Assembly (NCBI GenBank): GCA_001642005.1 | Contig: LWCA01000253.1 | Span: 1-36,668 of the forward strand | Source: Intoshia linei | Taxonomy: Eukaryota > Animalia > Orthonectida | Reading direction: 5' to 3' | DNA length: 36,668 nucleotides | Shown: positions 32,052 to 36,668 of the stretch, in pieces | How the letters are laid out: each line of letters begins with the position of its first letter | How positions within the stretch are numbered: the first letter of the stretch is position 1 | Program-made: the position numbers and the translations under genes | The notes under the pieces: generated by a model | What the model saw: only the letters and a program-made list of their open reading frames with translations | The model's database searches: none | What the model was told of the DNA's origin: nothing

Positions 32052-35000
32052 ATGCAAGGTTTTGATAAAAGTGATTTGTATTTGGAGGATGATTACGATT
32101 ATTCAGTTGGAAAGTATTTGAAAATTTTTTTTTGCTTAATTACATTTAGCTACAAATTTAACGAAATTTCTCAAGTTGAACCTATAAAATCAAATAATTC
32201 TCTTGTTTTGTGTTTTGTAAATTCAAATGCCCCAGGTATTTTGAATTTTATCAATTATTTTTAATAATCTTAGAAATTGTAAAATCTTTTTTTCTTGATT
32301 TACACAAATTGAAAGAATGTGAAATTTCTAATAAATTTTCAATGATAAAAATCACCTTGTATCAAATACTGGGTGGTGAAAAAGAAAATTGTGCTTACTT
32401 TTGCGTTACGTTTCAGCAAATATTTGGATACAATCAAATTGAAATTGATACTTTACATTGGGAACAAGTATGATAATGTTTAATCACTTACCATTAAAAT
32501 TATAATGAGAAATGTATTGTATATGTTGTAGTTATATATGAAGTTTTAAACCGTTTAAGTCATGTGAAACCTATATATCAGTGGTTTCAAAGTGGGGTCC
32601 CTGGACCCCACGGATCTAAAATTATAAGCCTGGAGTCCGAAATTTAAATAAAATATGAATAATTTTTATTAACTTTTTTTTATTATTATAGGAGAATTTT
32701 TAATATTTATTACAGAGTTTGCTGATGTTGGGAATTTATCCTATAGCCGAAAGTGAAAAATCGACTTTTTTTTAAATATTTTTTTGAAAAACATGATTTT
32801 ACCAAATCTTATGGAAAAAACCTTTAATTTTATTTGTTATAAATGTTTTATATTTCATGTTTAATTTGGGGTCAAAAAAAATTACATTATTTGAATCTGA
32901 AACCACTCTTATATAGCCTAAAGTCAATAACGACATATACATAGTTTAAATCCTTTTTAGATGATTGATTTTCTTCCAAATCCAGCGTGTATTATATTTA
33001 ATATACTGACATCTTCTCTACACATCCGAAAACAATTAAACAAAAATTGCGAAAAAATTGATGACGCTTTTATCAAAATTGTAAAAAATAGCCACTTTAA
33101 GTCTTCCGATATTTTACAAAAATTTGAAAAGAAATATTCTACGTTAGATTCTTTAATCAATGTTACCGGAAATGCTGCTAATGGTATTTTTAATGAAAAT
33201 ATTATTTTTCTTCATATATAATCACTTCTGTATAATTTGAACAGTCGGGAAGGTTTAAAAAAGAGTTGAGTTTAGAATTCTGAACACTAACAAATACTAT
33301 GTACATTAAAGAAACATGGTACTAAAATTACGTTTATATTTCCTATATTAAATTTATATGCACTTAATGTAAAAATAATAGTTGAAAAAAGTGCCAAACC
33401 ACTGTGTGTCAGGGGATTAAATATGAATGAAAAACAAGGAGCTTGGATGGCAAGTAGAATATTTCAAGATTTTATGAACAAATTTAAATGATTTATTTTA
33501 CAAAACTTATCGAAAGGTTCTTGATTGATGATGATAATAATGATTGATTATGATCATTATTAATTATATGAGATGACCTGTAAAGAAAATCAAAATATTT
33601 TCATTTTTCCAAATAAAATTCCTCATTAATGCAAGGAGATTTTTTTCAGAACCAAATATTCCGTTAACGAGGAATTAGCCTGTAGTATAATAACAAAATT
33701 ATACTTCAGATGATTATAAACTTTTTGAAAATGAGTAGATTTCTGAGGTTGAAATTTTTTGTATTTATATCAACTGGAATAAGCTGTATTAGAATAGTCT
33801 TTTTTTAATTGTAGAACCGTTAATTATTTAAAATTTTTTGATTTACAATTTTTGTTAATAAAATAATTTTGAAATAAAAAAAAATGAATAATTAAGTGCT
33901 TTTTTGACCTTGAAGGCGTCATTTTGTCAGATTGAAATCTGAAACTATCAACTGTAATTTTTTTTAAAATTATATTAGTACAAATGTGTATATTTATTTT
34001 TTAAAAAAAGGTTAATCTGGTGTTTTCATCGTGAAAATGCACTTTTTTGGGTTTGCGACTTATGATAATGTTTATCATTTTAAAACCTATTCACAATTTA
34101 TGTGTATAAAATTTTATAAATTTTTTAAATTTCCCCAAAAAATGGTTATTTGTAGTTTTGATCGTGAATATATAAGATTTTAAGATTGAAATGAATTATT
34201 ATGTTGATGAATTTATAACTATATTGACCTTTTTCATAATTGTTTAATGTTTTGTCTTTACTGATTGCTAAATAAGTAATACATTATACATAATTATAAA
34301 GATATGCTACATAACTGTGTGTATAAATATAAAAAAGATATTAATTATTTTTATAGACTTTAATTTACGTAAATAGATTACTTTTTAAATGTTGCATTTA
34401 AAAAAAAGAAATTGCTAATAATGTGGAATTTAGATATTTAAATTAATTAATAATAATTTTATTGTTTGACTTACGTTCATCTCGTTATATTTTCATATTA
34501 TTGATTTTTATCCATCATATTTAATAAACTATTGACAAAAAACTGTTGGGTTTATCTTTATTTCGCTCACTGTATATTAATCAGCATGAAATTACAAGAA
34601 TTATGATATCAATATTATGTATACTAATTGGCTAATTAAAATTTGATAAAATTAAAAAAGTTAAATTTGAAATTATTAATTATTTTTTGAAAATTTCAAT
34701 ATCGGTATACTAAAGATTTTATAATTCACGTGCGATTCTACAAATAATTGTTCAAATATATCAATTTATGGTATTATTATCATTCCAAAATCAGCTAAAA
34801 GTCGATCTGTAAAAATATGGAATATTTTACGGTTATATCCAGCTGAATTCATAAATCGTGAAGAAAATTTATTTTGCACTAAATGTAATATCAAAATTTA
34901 CACTATTTTTAATGACAAAAATTCCGTAAATAATCTAAACGCATAAATCTAAAATTAATAGTTTTGATATTCGCACTTAAGTAAATTTGTCTAATGATTT

Positions 35001-35955
35001 TTGCAGTACAAGTCTTGGAATTCTTTTTATCAGCCGACATTCCCTTGAACAAACCTAATAATCAAAAATTAAAGGAAGCAGCGTCAAATCCAGCCTTACA
35101 TCAAAAATTAGTTCAATTATGTGGGTACAAATATTGAATCAATGTTCACTCTCTTGAGTGAAATTTTACAGTCACAAAGGCGTTTAACATAATTAATAAT
35201 ATACATTTCTCTCCTTAATATAAATAATTACCATCAAAAAAGATTTATTTATTTAGATTTAGATTATTATATTATTTTTTAAGGAATTCTCCATCAAATT
35301 TAATTGCTGTGAAAGAATTTTCAGTTTACTGAATATAATTCTGACAAAGCAAAGAAATTTTTTATGAGATAATGTTGAAAAATACCTTATTTTATACGAT
35401 AAATAATATTAGCCTATTTTTATGAACATTTTTGCGATCACAGCGCTATAAATTTAATGCTGATGTTAACAATTAAATCTATTTTCTTCAAATAATTTAG
35501 AGAATATTATTTTAAATCATAATTTTATCATTGAAATAAAAAATATTATTGTACCTACACTAAATTGGTACTAACATTGAACCTGTGTACATTTTTTATA
35601 TGAGGTATAGTAAAAATTTTTTTTATAGGTTAAAAAAAAGCCCTATATACTATAAATAAGTGTAAGTAAGAATGTTTAAATTAAAAGTTGTCAATTCTAT
35701 AGTCGCTATAAGAAAATATATTATAATTTGTTTTAGTAGACATGTTCGAATTAAAAGATGTTCAGATTATGCAGAACTGACTGTACTTGTTTATTTTATG
35801 TTTTAGTTTTAACGTGGGCTGAAGGAGTGAAATCTCCTGGAATAATTGTAAATCATTATATGTGTTCTTTACGTATTGAACTAGACAATTTAAAACTAAT
35901 TCATGATAATTTAAAAGAAATATTTATGGAAACCTTACAAATGTATGTTGCCAGT
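32052..35955 (+). CDS. PSMG1: Proteasome assembly chaperone 1 (PAC1)-like protein; 3' end unresolved
   Basis: Approximate exons 32052-32113, 32150-32235, 32274-32467, 32961-33184, 35807-35955, with consistent phases. FNILTS...DAFIKIVKNSHFK resembles ITILTC...SPFLRALKTQNFK. LDSLINVTGNAANVLTWAEGVKSPGIIVNHY resembles LEQPNIVHDLPAAVLSYCQVWKIPAILYLCY. The final exon was not identified. Confidence 0.65.
32579..32908. mobile_element. Buster-type hAT MITE, about 330 bp, in a PSMG1 intron
   Basis: Ends CAGTGGTTTCA / TGAAACCACTc, ggggtc subterminal motifs, and flanks ctatatat / ttatatag (6 of 8 match). Confidence 0.7.
33370..33682 (+). mobile_element. pogo/Tigger transposon relic: DDE-domain fragment plus right TIR
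   Basis: Reads IVEKSAKPLCVRG...QGAWMASRIFQDFMNKF*...RKVL, matching the pogo IGKSxKPR...AWMT..IF...RKVLL motif series. Ends in ttaacgaggaattagcCTG|TA. Confidence 0.8.
34780..35645 (+). mobile_element. Internally deleted hAT element with a CGGBP1-like N-terminal zinc-finger relic
   Basis: Reads PKSAKSRSVKI...YPAEF...LFCTKCNIKI, then FLSADIPLNK.NNQKLKE, with an eroded dimerisation motif near 35290-35390. The terminus aaaaaaagcccta at 35645 resembles the end at 1152. The left boundary is uncertain. Confidence 0.65.
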
Positions 35956-36421
35956 GTATGTATTTAATATTATATGACCGAGTAGTCAGCCATGATGTTT
36001 AAGATTTAGAATACAAAAATATATCGGTTAATATGATTAGTAGATACTAGGATGGACTAATGAGCGGTTAACTTAAAAAAATAATTTTCATGAAATATAC
36101 CGGGGATGACCAAGCTACTGTAATTTTTATATTATTCTTGAATTATTTGGCTCATAAGTTAACAGCTTCATTTTTTCCAAATGTAGGTCCTGAAAAATAT
36201 TAATATTGAATGAAAAACATCAAAAAGTAATGTAGTGATGGTATTTTTTATACTATGAATCAGTGGTTCCACTAAAAATTGCACGGATCCTGTATTTCAT
36301 CCAAAATAACCGTAGAGGTGCTATCCCCTTTTTGGAGTTTTAAAATGAAACACATTAAATTTAATAATTTTCAGTAATACGTGTTAAATGGATAAAAATT
36401 AGGAAATGGTTGTATTTACAC

Positions 36422-36475
36422 TAGGGCTCGCAAAAAACCGAAAATTTTAAAACCGATTAAAAACCGGTTTTCAAA
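36422..36475. mobile_element. Left end of a hAT-like element
   Basis: TAGGGCTCG followed by three aaaccg subterminal repeats. Confidence 0.45.
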
Positions 36476-36668
36476 ATTTTTAAGGACATAAATCCAAAGG
36501 AGACACGAATACAGTACTATTTATTGTCACAAAAAACAATCTTAATCTTCTTAATCCAATACAAATTTAATCAACCTTCAGAACTTGCTGGATGATCCAC
36601 ATCTTTTTGGAAACGATCTTTTAAGAAACACAATGCATTGAGCGTTTTACCAGACAGACTTGTTCTAA

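Noticed and set aside
23916-33160. Antisense ORFs 23916-24185, 25879-26082, 27638-27829 and 32957-33160, and the upstream part of 26854-27129
   Set aside because: These are shadow frames opposite well-supported exons and carry no motifs.

Overview
Very AT-rich eukaryotic (animal-type) genomic DNA with tiny spliceosomal introns, mostly about 28-55 nt. The ORF track therefore shows only fragments of the real genes. Manual splicing gives six genes: (1) a 27-exon FCHo/muniscin (F-BAR, linker, mu-homology domain; 13393->2645, about 827 aa); (2) a receptor-type protein tyrosine phosphatase with a degenerate active site (20138->13934); (3) INTS6 (26933->23037); (4) C11orf65/MFI (26998->31076); (5) a Nup62 coiled-coil protein with no FG-repeat domain (31960->31090); (6) a PSMG1/PAC1-like gene (from 32052). 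The last four genes are packed with almost no intergenic DNA (64, 13 and 91 bp between coding ends). Nearly all the extra DNA lies in a few long introns and two intergenic stretches filled with non-autonomous DNA transposons: Buster-type and other hAT elements, piggyBac, pogo/Tigger and Helitron-like repeats. The intron sizes, AT content and strong protein divergence suggest a genome-reduced, fast-evolving invertebrate such as an orthonectid or dicyemid (inference only). All homology calls come from remembered motifs, not database searches. No rRNA, tRNA or CRISPR array was seen.
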